64,000 nucleotides of DNA from an uncultured Chroococcidiopsis sp. (GCA_964248365.1 CAXTYC010000021.1:24412-88411); one strand, 5' to 3'; shown: positions 21,470 through 32,926, counted from the first letter of the stretch. Translations and numbers: made by a program. Notes: a model not told the origin generated them from the letters alone.

Positions 21470-22417
21470 CTAGTTAAGCCAAGGACGAGTAACTTGTTCT
21501 AGCTGAGCAATTTCATCATCACTCAATTTCCAGCCCAAGGCTCCGGCATTCTGTCGGACTTGGGCTGCTGTTTTTGCTCCTGCGATCGCCACTACGTTAC
21601 CTTGGGCAATTAACCAGTTGAGGGCGACTTGAGCGATCGTGCGATCGTGCTTTTCTCCCAATTGTCGCAGTAAAGATATTACTGGGGCGTATTTTTGCAA
21701 TCCTTCTTTACTAAAGCGAGTGTCTAACCGACGCGCTCCGGTGGGTGAGTCTGAGCTATCTGGTGTATATTTACCAGTCAGTAGCCCTTGTGCTAATGGA
21801 CTGTAAGCCAGAATAGTTACACCTAATTGTCGAGCCGTAGCGAATATTCCGTTAGATTCGATTTGCCGAGTTATCAGGGAGTAGCGTACTTGATTACTTG
21901 CCAACTTTACGCCACGATCTGCTAAAATTTGGTGTGCTTGCCGCATTTGCTCGGCTGAGTAGTTACTCACTCCTACTGCCTCAATTCTGCCTCGCTTTAC
22001 TTCATCAGCTAAAGCATTCATCAGTGTTTGTTGGCTCATGAAGAAACTGAAAGGCCAATGTACCTGATAGAGAGTAACTCGTTCTAATCGTAAGCGTTTC
22101 AAGCTGGCTGTTAAAGCATCCGCAACAGATTGACTTGTAAAACGCCAGGGCGCAGGACCAAATTTGGTAGCAATTTGCACGGGTGTGTCGCTTTGTTGCA
22201 TGAATTGCCCTAGAAATTCCTCTGATTGACCAAAACCGTAAACTTCGGCAGTGTCAAAGAAAGTGGTTCCTGTCTCCAGTGCGGCTTGAAAGGCTTCTCT
22301 TAGCTGCTTGTCGTCGTAGTCACTGCCATAATTCCAAAAAAGTTTGTCTCCCCAAGCCCATGTGCCGATGCATAAGGGTGTAACAGAGGGACCATTGTGT
22401 CCTAGTTTGAGTTCCAC
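21470..22417 (-). CDS. Aldo/keto reductase
   Basis: GTWAWG, DTAEVYG, IATK, LYQVHWP, GVSNY, AYSPLAQGLLTGKY. Confidence 0.93.
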   Translation of the reverse strand: MELKLGHNGPSVTPLCIGTWAWGDKLFWNYGSDYDDKQLREAFQAALETGTTFFDTAEVYGFGQSEEFLGQFMQQSDTPVQIATKFGPAPWRFTSQSVADALTASLKRLRLERVTLYQVHWPFSFFMSQQTLMNALADEVKRGRIEAVGVSNYSAEQMRQAHQILADRGVKLASNQVRYSLITRQIESNGIFATARQLGVTILAYSPLAQGLLTGKYTPDSSDSPTGARRLDTRFSKEGLQKYAPVISLLRQLGEKHDRTIAQVALNWLIAQGNVVAIAGAKTAAQVRQNAGALGWKLSDDEIAQLEQVTRPWLN

Positions 22418-22650
22418 TTTTACAGAAGTTAATTTATTTTGATATTTCTTTACTATTACAGTGTAGCTTTATAGAAAAGTCTATCTTTTGGAGTGGCTTA
22501 GAGAATTTTGGATTGATGTCACGCAAAGACGCAAAGGCGCGAAGAAGAGAAGATAAGAAGAGAAGAAAATAAGAGATTAAGGGAATTTGGGGTTTGTAGG
22601 TTTTATCTTTAGAAATACGTAGACTAAATCGTATATTCTTTTGAAGTACT

Positions 22651-24126
22651 ATGGCTGCTAGTATTCCAACTTCTGGAGCGGGTAAATCGCTTAGTTCTAA
22701 GCCAAAGCCGAAAATTAATCTACTAACTATGTTCCGGCTCGGTTTGTTTCAAATGGGGCTGGGGATAATGTCGGTTTTGACTTTGGGTGTGTTGAACCGG
22801 ATCATGATTAAGGAGCTTGCGATTCCAGCTACATTTGTAGCAGGAACGATCGCTATGCATCAGTTTGTCGCTCCGTCAAGGCTGTGGTTTGGGCAGTTGT
22901 CGGATGCTAAAACGATTCGGGGTTATCACCGTACTGGTTATGTTTGGATTGGTGCGGCGTTATTTGCGATCGCTTCGTTTTTAGCTGTACAAGTAACTTG
23001 GCGACTTGGTAGCACTTTATATAGCCAAGGTTGGACGACTCCAACTTACGGCTGGGTGGCTCTGCTGGCTGGGATTTTTGCATTATATGGGCTAGCGCTC
23101 AGTTCTAGTTCTACGCCTTTCGCTGCCTTGCTGGTGGATGTTTCCGATGAAGACAATCGTTCTAAACTTGTCGGTATCGTCTGGTCGATGTTGATGGTGG
23201 GGATTGTGATCGGGGCAATCATTAGCTCTAAATTACTGCCAGCAGCAACAAGTTGCCAAGAGGCGACAGTAAGCACAATATCCTTATATAATCAGCCTGA
23301 ACAACTTGCAGCATTGCAAAGTTCGATTAACCGCCTATTTTTAATCCTCCCCGCTGCTGTCTTTGGGCTAGGTTTGCTGTCAACTATAGGGGTGGAAAAA
23401 AAATATTCCCGTTATGCTTCCCGTTCTACATTGGTAGACAGGGAAGATAAAATTACTCTATCGGGGGCGTTGAAAGTCCTGACTGCTAGCCGCCAAACTG
23501 GGTTATTTTTCACTTTTTTACTGGTGATGACAATCAGCCTGTTTATGCAAGAGGCTGTCATGGAACCCTATGGAGGTGAAGTATTTGGGATGTGTGTTTC
23601 TGATACCACCCGGTTAAATGCTTTTTGGGGTACGGGGACACTACTTGGAATTAGCAGCACAGGCTTTTTAATTGTGCCTCGTTTGGGGAAACAAAAAACT
23701 GCTCAGTTAGGTTGTGTCACGGTTGCTATCAGTTTGGGATTTGTCATATTATCTGGGTTTAGTGCTAATCCTCGGATGTTACAGTCCGCATTAGTGTTGT
23801 TCGGTTTAGCTTCTGGTGTTACGACAACAGGAGCAATTAGTTTGATGTTAGATCTAACAGCTGCCCAAACGGCTGGTACATTTATCGGTGCTTGGGGGTT
23901 AGCTCAAGCATTGGCTAGGGCTTTGGCGACAGTAAGCGGTGGAGCTATGCTAGATGTGGGTAGACAACTGTTTTCCTCGCCAGTGTTGGCTTATGGCTTG
24001 GTGTTTGCGCTGCAAGCTGTGGGAATGATTTTGGCAGTTTTGTTGCTGGGTCGAGTAAATGTGTCAGAATTTCAGACAAATGCACAACAAGCGATCGCCT
24101 CAGTGCTTGAAAGTGAACTAGACTAA
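22651..24126 (+). CDS. PucC/BCD family MFS transporter
   Basis: FRLGLFQMGLG, LNRIMIKEL, EPYGGEVFGM, AGTFIGAWGLAQA. Confidence 0.88.
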   Translation: MAASIPTSGAGKSLSSKPKPKINLLTMFRLGLFQMGLGIMSVLTLGVLNRIMIKELAIPATFVAGTIAMHQFVAPSRLWFGQLSDAKTIRGYHRTGYVWIGAALFAIASFLAVQVTWRLGSTLYSQGWTTPTYGWVALLAGIFALYGLALSSSSTPFAALLVDVSDEDNRSKLVGIVWSMLMVGIVIGAIISSKLLPAATSCQEATVSTISLYNQPEQLAALQSSINRLFLILPAAVFGLGLLSTIGVEKKYSRYASRSTLVDREDKITLSGALKVLTASRQTGLFFTFLLVMTISLFMQEAVMEPYGGEVFGMCVSDTTRLNAFWGTGTLLGISSTGFLIVPRLGKQKTAQLGCVTVAISLGFVILSGFSANPRMLQSALVLFGLASGVTTTGAISLMLDLTAAQTAGTFIGAWGLAQALARALATVSGGAMLDVGRQLFSSPVLAYGLVFALQAVGMILAVLLLGRVNVSEFQTNAQQAIASVLESELD

Positions 24127-24300
24127 TGACAACAAAGCTATTAGCTGTTAGCTAGCGCGCTGTTAGCTTTTTGTCCTTTATTAATAATTAATGACTAATG
24201 ACTGCTAATCGCTAAAAAATAATCGAAGATTCTAAAAGCTACTCCTTACGTACAGACGTAGCAATGCTACTCCCTACTCCCTACTCCCTACTCCCTATCA

Positions 24301-25107
24301 ATGACAGATTTTTGGACATCAATTCTCGATTTTGCCAATACCACTACTATCAGAGTGGGAACCCAGCTATTAAAAGATTTTGGGCAAGTGCAAGCTGACC
24401 AAAAGGCTGATGGTAGTCTAGTAACACAAGCGGATAAGTGGGCAGATCAGGTTATTCAAGATGCGATCGCTTCCACGTTTGATGGTTATGGCATTTTAAG
24501 CGAAGAGGGCGAACACTCTTTCCCTAATACCGAGTGGTGCTGGGTGATCGATCCTCTTGATGGGACAACCAATTTTACACGCGGGATTCCCATTTGGGCA
24601 ATTTCTTTGGGATTGCTTTACCGAGGTACACCCGTCTTTGGTTATGTCTATGCACCGCCACTGGCACAAAGCTTTCACGGCTTTTGGGCTGGTGATTCTG
24701 GGCTAGCAACGCCAGAAGGAGCTTTTCTCAATCACCGCCCAATTTATACCAGTGCTGATGCTCCTAGCAATAATCACTTTTTTAACCTTTGTTCCCGTAG
24801 TACTGCTGTTATCCAGCCTGGGTTTCCCTGCAAAGTTAGGATGCTAGGAGTTGCTAGCTACAACTTTCTTGCCGTCGCTGCTGGGGCAACTCTAGGCGGT
24901 GTCGAGAGAAACCCTAAAATTTGGGATCTGGCTGCTGCTTGGGCGATCATTCAAGCAGCAGGAGGAAGCTGGATATCTCTAGATTCAGAACCTGTGTTTC
25001 CTTTGATACCAGGCATTGATTATGGCGCTCGCTCTTTCCCTACCCTAGTCGTCAGCCGTTCTGAACTAGTGTCAGTATTTAAACCGTTTTTACAAGCTTT
25101 AGCTTAG
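24301..25107 (+). CDS. Inositol monophosphatase family protein
   Basis: KADGSLVTQAD, LSEE, WVIDPLDGTTNF, WDLAA. Confidence 0.92.
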   Translation: MTDFWTSILDFANTTTIRVGTQLLKDFGQVQADQKADGSLVTQADKWADQVIQDAIASTFDGYGILSEEGEHSFPNTEWCWVIDPLDGTTNFTRGIPIWAISLGLLYRGTPVFGYVYAPPLAQSFHGFWAGDSGLATPEGAFLNHRPIYTSADAPSNNHFFNLCSRSTAVIQPGFPCKVRMLGVASYNFLAVAAGATLGGVERNPKIWDLAAAWAIIQAAGGSWISLDSEPVFPLIPGIDYGARSFPTLVVSRSELVSVFKPFLQALA

Positions 25108-25144
25108 GTTTCCTGTTGGCACAGAAGAAAGACAAAATTAATTC

Positions 25145-26680
25145 ATGAGTCCCCCCCAGCCTATTAATAAGTCCTCTGCAACCCATTTGAATCAACTGAT
25201 TTTCAAATTCGCTCCTCAAATAGTTATTTGCAGTATTCTAATAGTACTATTAGCTACACTATATCCCTTTGATTTTTCCTTTGAAAATGGGATTTCTATT
25301 ACAGAGATTATTAGTAAATTCAAACAAACAAGCACTCATTTAAGCGACCAGATAAAAAATTTATTTTTGTTCCTACCTTTAGGGTTCGGGCTAATGTGTT
25401 TATTGCAGAACACCAGGGTAAGAACAACAGCAAAACCTATTATAGTTTTGTTATTTAGTTTTAGTTTATCATTATTTGTAGAAGTTTTACAAGCATTTAC
25501 ACCTTCAAGAGAACCAACGATTGCTGATATTATTAATAATACTTTTAGTGGTTTTTTAGGAGTTATCTGTTTTTATTTATGGAAATCGCAAATTATTAGT
25601 TACGTCGCCCAGGTTATAGAAAAAAATAAAGGAGTTATTTCTAATAAACAGCTTACAGCAATATTTATTGGTTACATTGCCCTAGCTTTTATCATTCCAT
25701 TTGGGTTGCACAGTACTACAAATCTTAGCAATTGGAGCTTGGATTATCCCCTGCTACTGGGTAATGAAAGAACAGGTAGTAGACCTTGGCGAGGAGCTAT
25801 TTCTGATGTCTATATTGCTGATAGAGCTATTTCAAAAGAAGAAGTAGCAAAGGTATTTGCTGACAAAAACTTATTAAATAATTTAGGCAATTCTCTTGTA
25901 GCTTACTATCCCTTGCATGGTGAAGACGGCTTGGGCGATCGCACAGGAAACTTACCAAATTTAAACTGGCGAGGAAGATTTTTAAACTTTCAAGGTAGGA
26001 TTGTGTTTCTGAATGCTTATCAATGGCTAGAAACAGCAGAACCTGTCACATTTTTGAACCAGCGGCTACGGATGGCAAATCAGTTTACTCTAGGAGCTAC
26101 TATTGCAACTGCTAGGGCAAATCAGACACGCCCTGGTCGCATTATTTCAATTTCAAATAGTACCACCAAGCGCAATTTGTCTTTAGAGCAGCGAGACTCG
26201 AAACTAGTTGTTCGGCTCAGAACACCGCTTGGGGGAGAAAATGCAACATACATCATGAACTATGTCTTTGATGTGTTTACCGATAATACTCCCCATCAAA
26301 TAGTTATTACCTATACTGGCTCAGTGCTTCAGGTATATATAGATCAAATACAAAATTTGCATGATTTCAACTACCTTGAAATAATTCCAAAGATTGACAA
26401 ATTTATGTATTATGGGCTGCTGTTTATTCCTTTAAGTATTGTGTTAGGAATTATCACAACCCTTGCTCAAGGTCGGTTTATTTTCTATCCTTTCCTTTAT
26501 ATTGGAATATTATTACCTTCTTTGATAGTAGAAGTTATTTTGGCAACTGACAGCGGTAGAAGCATCCTGGTAGAAAATATATTACTAGGCATATTAATTA
26601 CAGCTTTTACCGTTTTGATATTAAAAATGCAAATCCCTAATGGGTTGAGAAGCACTACGCCTCATCCACCTGGAACTTAA
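25145..26680 (+). CDS. VanZ-like membrane protein with a LamG/concanavalin-like extracytoplasmic domain
   Basis: NLFLFLPLGFG...SLFVEVLQAFTPSREPTIADIINN (VanZ); PGRIISIS and HQIVITY segments; more AT-rich than its neighbours. Confidence 0.7.
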   Translation: MSPPQPINKSSATHLNQLIFKFAPQIVICSILIVLLATLYPFDFSFENGISITEIISKFKQTSTHLSDQIKNLFLFLPLGFGLMCLLQNTRVRTTAKPIIVLLFSFSLSLFVEVLQAFTPSREPTIADIINNTFSGFLGVICFYLWKSQIISYVAQVIEKNKGVISNKQLTAIFIGYIALAFIIPFGLHSTTNLSNWSLDYPLLLGNERTGSRPWRGAISDVYIADRAISKEEVAKVFADKNLLNNLGNSLVAYYPLHGEDGLGDRTGNLPNLNWRGRFLNFQGRIVFLNAYQWLETAEPVTFLNQRLRMANQFTLGATIATARANQTRPGRIISISNSTTKRNLSLEQRDSKLVVRLRTPLGGENATYIMNYVFDVFTDNTPHQIVITYTGSVLQVYIDQIQNLHDFNYLEIIPKIDKFMYYGLLFIPLSIVLGIITTLAQGRFIFYPFLYIGILLPSLIVEVILATDSGRSILVENILLGILITAFTVLILKMQIPNGLRSTTPHPPGT

Positions 26681-26760
26681 GTTCCAGGTTAGCTCAAGTG
26701 CGTTCAAACGCACTCATAGAGTCAAACAAAAGATACTCACAAGCTAATAGCTAACAAGCT

Positions 26761-27723
26761 TTATTGCTGCCAAACAAAATCTGCGATCGCGTTCTTACTA
26801 TCAACTGACTTATCTTTGACTGGATTCAGTAAGACGGAACGTTGAACTAATCGTTTATTTTGCAGTCTTCGCGCAACGCGGCTAGGAATTCCATACCCGT
26901 AGATAATATGTCCTTGCCCAGCAAGCACTACTACCAGGTAATTTGGGTTAGCTTTGAGAAATTTAGTAACAGAGGCTGCCATAGTTTCATCCCATAGTAC
27001 CTGAGCTAGAAAAAATTTCTCGAAATTGGCACTATTACCATGCCCAGAATGTTGATGCAGCTTAAAAGTATTTGCTAAAAGTTGGCGATATGGAGCATTG
27101 TCGGTGCGAATTTCACAGAAAGGAGGAATCAATTTTCTCTGCTGCGGCGAAAGACTTTCTAAGCCAGAACGGGTAACTCGGCGTGTGATTTCTATAGGAA
27201 TATTTAATGCAATGACAGGCAGTTGTTTTTCCTGGGCGAATCGCAAGATGGGGGCGTAATATTCCCAAGGGTAGCCCCACTGGTTATAATTGCTTTGTTC
27301 TACCAATTCTTGCTCACTCAATTTTCCTGCTAGATAGCGATTGAGGATATTTTGGTAGGGTTGCTGAAACATTTCCATTGCGATCGCTATTTTACGATTT
27401 CGCTGCTGGAGTTCCTGAATAATTTGCAACTGTATTTTGTGATCTTCTGGGTTGTCATGAGTTTCTCCCAGATACACTACATTTGCCGATTCTAATTCCT
27501 GTAAGGCGTTTTGCAAAGTAGTACAGATATTTTTACAAGTGATACTCTCTTCGCATTCGTAGCCCATTGCCGAAATAACTTGAGGACGGCAGGAACTAGG
27601 AATTTTCTGGGCATTAACCGAGCCAGTGCAAAATAGAATAATTCCCACACAAGCAAGCAAGATCAGTAGGCGCGTAAATGCATACACTAGCCTATTTGTC
27701 AACCGCCTAATAAACGGTTTCAT
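26761..27723 (-). CDS. ChaN/DUF399 family protein
   Basis: VVYLGETHDNPEDH, AMEMF, AQVLWDETMA, LAGQGHI; likely start is ATG at 27723 (MKPFIRR). Confidence 0.85.
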   Translation of the reverse strand: MKPFIRRLTNRLVYAFTRLLILLACVGIILFCTGSVNAQKIPSSCRPQVISAMGYECEESITCKNICTTLQNALQELESANVVYLGETHDNPEDHKIQLQIIQELQQRNRKIAIAMEMFQQPYQNILNRYLAGKLSEQELVEQSNYNQWGYPWEYYAPILRFAQEKQLPVIALNIPIEITRRVTRSGLESLSPQQRKLIPPFCEIRTDNAPYRQLLANTFKLHQHSGHGNSANFEKFFLAQVLWDETMAASVTKFLKANPNYLVVVLAGQGHIIYGYGIPSRVARRLQNKRLVQRSVLLNPVKDKSVDSKNAIADFVWQQ

Positions 27724-28072
27724 CTTCTTTGCGCCAAGCAGGGTCAACGATACAGATAAACACCAACGGTTCGTCACCACAGCTACGAATAAATTGTCGC
27801 GCATTGGGGGGAATATATACTGCATCCCCTGGTTCTACTATTTGGGTTTCATCTTCAATATGCATTTCTCCCCTACCACTCAAAATGTAGTAAACCTCTG
27901 AAGTTTTCAGTGAGTGAGGTTGAGACGTTTCCCCAACTGCTAAAGTCGCATGAGCTAAACTGTAACGTAATGCAATTGGCTGCTTATCTGGGTGTAGTAG
28001 TTCTCGCAGACGGGTGCTGTCTCCAGCAATAAATTCAGCACAGGCGTTGAGCTTTTGCACTAGCATTGGCAC
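27707..28072 (-). CDS. Cupin domain protein
   Basis: PHSLKTSEVYYILSGRGEM...PGDAVYIPP cupin motifs. Confidence 0.85.
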   Translation of the reverse strand: MPMLVQKLNACAEFIAGDSTRLRELLHPDKQPIALRYSLAHATLAVGETSQPHSLKTSEVYYILSGRGEMHIEDETQIVEPGDAVYIPPNARQFIRSCGDEPLVFICIVDPAWRKEDETVY

Positions 28073-28160
28073 TTTAGTAGACCATTCGTGGTATTTTATT
28101 TAGCAATTATGCCACCCATGCCCACCATTGATTAAATCTTACCCCCTTGCCCCTTTCTAC

Positions 28161-28478
28161 CTAGTAAAGCATAGGATTAGTCTTTGCTTGGTAGTCAGTG
28201 CAGTTAACCGCTTCTTCCGTGTTAGCAATTGTTGGTCGCACCGTGCATTTAAGACGGTAATCGCCTGTAAAATATTGACAATCGGCACAGGGTATTCTAT
28301 GCATTTTCTCGCTTGTAGCTACACTGTCTCTAACGGCGCTATAAATGCTCCAAGTAGCAAGCGTAATTATCGTCCAGGCAGATAAAAAGCAAATTGGTAC
28401 TAAAAACGGTTGGATGGTTTGAATTAGGATATATATTATTTGCAACACGGCAATTCCTTCAAACGATGTAGAATACAA
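28161..28478 (-). CDS. Conserved cyanobacterial small membrane protein with Cys-rich C-terminus
   Basis: TM helix followed by MHRIPCADCQYFTGDYRLKCTVRP...CTDY. Confidence 0.7.
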   Translation of the reverse strand: MYSTSFEGIAVLQIIYILIQTIQPFLVPICFLSAWTIITLATWSIYSAVRDSVATSEKMHRIPCADCQYFTGDYRLKCTVRPTIANTEEAVNCTDYQAKTNPMLY

Positions 28479-29229
28479 ATCAACACATTAATATTTCTAG
28501 TGAAACTTAGTTTATTAACTTGCTTGCTCTCAAAATTCAGTAAAATGCATAGTTGCGTAAGATAAAACAAATCATGTTCCTATTCATACTTATATCTTAC
28601 AATCACCGAACTTGTAGACATCCATAGTAATATAACTTATGACATAATAAAATATCAAAAGTATAATTAACAAAGATAAAATTGATACAATGCCAAAAGA
28701 ATTAGCTATGATGCTAATTAGGTAGATGTATAGCAGTCATATACTGTTCACGAATGTTTTAGGATTGCTATAGATAACCTAAAAATAATATATCAGGACT
28801 TACGCAACATAAGTTCGCGTGTAAGGGCATGATATGCTCAGCCCCAACGCTAGAATCTACATCTCGACCTCAACGGGCATAAGTTCTAAATTACCATCTA
28901 GCCCACTTCCCCCTTTCAAGTAGAGCCAGGGAACAAGAGAAAACGCCTCTACAAGTTAGTTTTAACCAGGTAGAGACGTAACAAGCCTTGTCTGTACAGA
29001 CAGGAAGATTATTCTTGCAACAGATGTAAAAGAAAATAAATCAATCCTGCTTCATTCTAAAGGCAATACATTACCCATAAGTCTTGAAATACACTCTAGC
29101 AGGGATTTATAGCTTATGCAAGGTTTGATAGCAGGCGCACCTCAAACTAGCAATTAGTAGTTTGAGGTATAAATAACTTGATCTCAAGAGTTGGGGTTAA
29201 ATAATCACGAGAAGATTATCTTTGTTTGA

Positions 29230-29305
29230 CTTTGCGCCTTTGCGCGGACACTTTGCCTCCTGTCGGGGAACCCGCTATCGCTTGTGTCCAAGTCTATTGC
29301 GTGAC
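29230..29305. repeat. Short dispersed repeat (CTTTGCG...GGACACTTTGCCTCCTGTCGGGGAACCCG); reverse-complement copy near 45297-45340, related copy near 48316-48390
   Basis: Direct sequence match between 29240-29275 and the reverse complement of ~45300-45338. Confidence 0.65.
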
Positions 29306-29349
29306 ATTAACCTTTAATTTGTGAATTGCGCGCTTCCGAATTGATTTGC

Positions 29350-29880
29350 TCATTTCTTAGGAGAAATCAACATCATCATATTTCGCCCTTCTTTTTTCGG
29401 CGCTTGCTGCACTTCCCCAAATTCCCGTAAATCGGTCGCCATGCGGTTGAGCAGCGTTTCTGCCAAGTCACTGTGTTGAATCTCTCGTCCCCGAAACATG
29501 ACCGTTGCTTTTACCTTGTCGCCATCCTTCAGGAAGCGCTCAGCTTGATTGACTCGCACTTTGTAGTCATGCTCTTCAATTTTGTAGCGCATCTTGACTT
29601 CTTTAACGTCAGCGGTGTGCTGCTTTTTACGGGCTTCCCGCGCTTTCTTTTCTTGCTCAAACTTATATTTGCCGTAGTCCATGATGCGGCAAACAGGCGG
29701 GTCGGCTTTATCACTGAGCAGAACTAAGTCTAGTTCTTTTTCTTCCGCTAAACGTATCGCTTCGGAGGGGGTTAAAATTCCCAACTGAGCGCCGTCAGTA
29801 TCAATTACCCGAATTTTCGGGAAGCGAATTCGTTCGTTAATTTGGGGTAGGTCGCGGGGAGGTCTTCTTTTCTCTATCAC
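29350..29880 (-). CDS. infC: Translation initiation factor IF-3
   Basis: [45 protein letters not shown]. Confidence 0.97.
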   Translation of the reverse strand: MIEKRRPPRDLPQINERIRFPKIRVIDTDGAQLGILTPSEAIRLAEEKELDLVLLSDKADPPVCRIMDYGKYKFEQEKKAREARKKQHTADVKEVKMRYKIEEHDYKVRVNQAERFLKDGDKVKATVMFRGREIQHSDLAETLLNRMATDLREFGEVQQAPKKEGRNMMMLISPKK

Positions 29881-30239
29881 AGGCGTTATAAATCAAGGGC
29901 AACTGTTTGTTGACAAACTGGTTTTACCAGCTTGAGCGATTAATTGACGACATCAACTACCATAATCTTCAATCAGGCTGGGTAGCTTTTAGGAAGAAAT
30001 AGGTATCTTTGTCTTAAATCGATAGCAAACAGCAGGCTTTCTTTGCACTTGCAATTCACGATAGCATTTTTTTTGGCGGAACTGGGGTAGGGAAATTCCT
30101 CTATTTGCGAACATTGATCGTGTAATGCTAATTGTGAACTGTCTTGTTTACCAGCATAATCATAAACTGACGCTTGTAATTGACACAAATTGTTAAAATA
30201 AATGGGAGATTCTGTTAAAGATTTATATTAAAGGCAAGC

Positions 30240-31196
30240 GTGATTACCTCCCAGCACTGGCAGCAACGAGTCGGCAATCAAAGAGACTGGGTTTGGCGGG
30301 GCTGGCTAACTCGCTACACATACATTCGTCCCGTCCAGCCAGACCAAAACACAACACCGTTGATTTTGTTGCACGGCTTTGGTACGTCAATTGGACACTG
30401 GCGACAAAATTTATCGGTTCTGGGTGAGCATCACACGGTTTATGCCCTAGATATGCTGGGGTTTGGCGCTTCACAGAAAGCTCCTGTCAGCTATCAAGTG
30501 GATTTGTGGGTAGAACAAGTTTATGACTTCTGGCGCACTTTTATCCGGCATCGGGTGGTATTAGTTGGCAATTCGATTGGCTCACTAGTAACGATCGCAG
30601 CTGCTGCGAAACATCCAGACATGGTGCAGGGTATAGTTATGCTCAGTCTACCCGATTTGTCAGTTCGACAGGAGGCTATACCTAAATTATTACGTCCGGC
30701 GATCGCTACAATTGAAAATCTCGTTGCTTCGCCATTATTACTCAAAACTGTGTTTCGGTTTGTGCGACGACCAAAAGTAGTAAAACGTTGGGCTGGACTA
30801 GCTTATGCCAACAAAGATGCTGTGACAGATGAATTGGTAGATATTTTAGTCACTCCTGCTCAAGATCGAGGTTCGGCGCAAGCCTTTTCTGCCATTCTCA
30901 AAGCGATGATTGGTTCTCAATTTAGTCAGCCAGTTAAAACATTGCTGCCAAGTTTGGAGATACCCGTACTACTGATTTGGGGACAACAAGACCGAATGGT
31001 TCCCCCAGCTTTTGCGCGTCAGTTCGCTGCATATAATCCCAAAGTGCAACTTTTGACCCTAGAAAATGCTGGTCATTGTCCCCATGATGAGTGTCCAGAA
31101 GAAGTGAATGGGGCTATTTTGGCATGGATGGAAAGTCTAGCTAACTCTAATGATTCTTCTGAACTCCCAGTTCACTCTATAGTCGAACTGGGGTAA
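30240..31196 (+). CDS. Alpha/beta fold hydrolase
   Basis: LLHGFG, DMLGFGAS, GNSIG nucleophile elbow, GHCPHDE. Confidence 0.9.
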   Translation: MITSQHWQQRVGNQRDWVWRGWLTRYTYIRPVQPDQNTTPLILLHGFGTSIGHWRQNLSVLGEHHTVYALDMLGFGASQKAPVSYQVDLWVEQVYDFWRTFIRHRVVLVGNSIGSLVTIAAAAKHPDMVQGIVMLSLPDLSVRQEAIPKLLRPAIATIENLVASPLLLKTVFRFVRRPKVVKRWAGLAYANKDAVTDELVDILVTPAQDRGSAQAFSAILKAMIGSQFSQPVKTLLPSLEIPVLLIWGQQDRMVPPAFARQFAAYNPKVQLLTLENAGHCPHDECPEEVNGAILAWMESLANSNDSSELPVHSIVELG

Positions 31197-31292
31197 TTAG
31201 CTAGACTTACTAGACTCAGTGGTAATTGGTAGTTGGTAGTTGGTAGTTGGTAACTGGTAATTCCCCTACTCCAAAACGAACTACTCTCTTAT

Positions 31293-31652
31293 TTACCCAA
31301 CCTCAACTTGGTCAGTCTCAACACTTGTTGCGCCATTGACGCTTCTCGCCACAGAAACCATTCTTTGTAGAATGTCTTGACTAGGTACTGAGCCTTTCAA
31401 AACTACCGTACCACCTGTTTGAGCAACGTATAGCGTATCAATATCATCTAAGCTAGAATCTTGATCGAATGCTAAGGCAACTCGCTTTGCCAATCCACTC
31501 TGGTCGTATTCGCCATTTAGTCCTACGCGCTCTGGAGGAATTGACTCGGCAGTAGGTGCAGGAGCGTCGCTGGTAGGTTCACTCGCAGGAGCAGGATTTA
31601 CTTGTGCGTCTTCAGGCTTTTCTAAACCAAACAGTCTTTTTAGCCAACCCAT
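31293..31652 (-). CDS. BON domain protein
   Basis: GEYDQSGLAKRVALAF...VVLKGSVP...ARSVNGATSV. Confidence 0.8.
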   Translation of the reverse strand: MGWLKRLFGLEKPEDAQVNPAPASEPTSDAPAPTAESIPPERVGLNGEYDQSGLAKRVALAFDQDSSLDDIDTLYVAQTGGTVVLKGSVPSQDILQRMVSVARSVNGATSVETDQVEVG

Positions 31653-32067
31653 AAATGTTTTTCCCAGTTATTTTTAACAACTCTTATTTTTAAACTGGTT
31701 TTTCCGATGAAAACACCTATCTATAAGAAGATATATTGATAAATTACTAACTATCTGAATATATTGCTAGGCATACCGTCAATTTAGCTCTTTTTAACTT
31801 TTTAAAGCTATTTTTTAATATTTCATTCTTGTTAAGTCTTCAAAACAGTGAAAAGTAGAACAGAAAAGCTTCCATTGCACAAAAGGTAACTGGTAACTGG
31901 TAGTTGGTAGTTGGTGGTTGGTAAAGAGTAACAACGCGCCAGCTAACCGCGCGCCTGATAACTGATAACTGATAACTGGTAACTGGTAACTGTAAAAGAC
32001 TAAAATAGTAAGGCTTTAAGTAGTAAACGCCTCACGAATGACAGCGCCCTAGCTCCAGTTGGCAACA

Positions 32068-32595
32068 ATGAAACATACCCTTTCAGTTTTAGTGGAAGAT
32101 GAAGCGGGAGTTCTCACCCGTATTGCAGGTTTATTTGCCCGTCGCGGCTTCAATATTGAAAGTCTGGCTGTAGGTCAAGCGGAGCAAAGTGGAGTTTCCC
32201 GAATTACGATGGTTGTGCCTGGTGATGACAGGATAATTGAACAACTGACCAAACATCTTTACAAATTAGTCAACGTCCTGAAGGTACAGGACATTACAGA
32301 AATTCCTTGCGTAGAGCGGGAATTGATGCTGTTGAAGGTAAATGCAGCCGGAGCAACTCGTTCAGAAATTGTGGAACTGGCGGGGATATTCCGCGCACGA
32401 GTGGTAGATGTGGCTGAGGATTCGCTTACCTTGGAAGTAGTTGGCGATCCTGGTAAAATGGTAGCGATCGTGCAGGTATTACAAAAGTTTGGGCTGCGCG
32501 AAGTTGCCCGAACTGGTAAAATTGCTCTGACGCGCGAATCGGGTGTGAATACTGAGTATCTTAAGTCGCAAGAAGCAAAAGAAGTAAAAGTTTAG
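32068..32595 (+). CDS. ilvN: Acetolactate synthase small (regulatory) subunit
   Basis: [36 protein letters not shown] domain. Confidence 0.95.
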   Translation: MKHTLSVLVEDEAGVLTRIAGLFARRGFNIESLAVGQAEQSGVSRITMVVPGDDRIIEQLTKHLYKLVNVLKVQDITEIPCVERELMLLKVNAAGATRSEIVELAGIFRARVVDVAEDSLTLEVVGDPGKMVAIVQVLQKFGLREVARTGKIALTRESGVNTEYLKSQEAKEVKV

Positions 32596-32608
32596 ATAAT
32601 ATCTCTAG

Positions 32609-32908
32609 ATGGCTTCGAGTTCAGAAAATAAAGAACAGCAGCATCCTCAGTACAATAGTGATCGCGCGATCGTCAATAGCCTATTGGCAGCAGCAATCAC
32701 TGATTACAATTTAGCAGAACTTGCTCGTTTGCGGATTCGTTATCACGGCTTTCCTGGTGCTAGAGATATCCAAGCGGACTTGGATAAAGTAATGCTTGCA
32801 TGGGGTTTGACTGAAACGACTCTTTACGAACAGACTCGCCTTCTTCATGCCAATGGCTCAGTTTATACCACTAGAGCTAGCAAATCAGATGCAGAAGACT
32901 GGAGTTAG
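32609..32908 (+). CDS. DUF3288 family protein
   Basis: QQHPQY, NLAELARLRIRYHGFPGARDIQ. Confidence 0.8.
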   Translation: MASSSENKEQQHPQYNSDRAIVNSLLAAAITDYNLAELARLRIRYHGFPGARDIQADLDKVMLAWGLTETTLYEQTRLLHANGSVYTTRASKSDAEDWS

Positions 32909-32926
32909 GGAAGGGTAAAAGCGCAC

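Noticed and set aside
28480..29340. AT-rich 0.9-kb gap as a hidden gene or origin
   Set aside because: No convincing ORF or DnaA-box cluster noticed, only short palindromic repeats.
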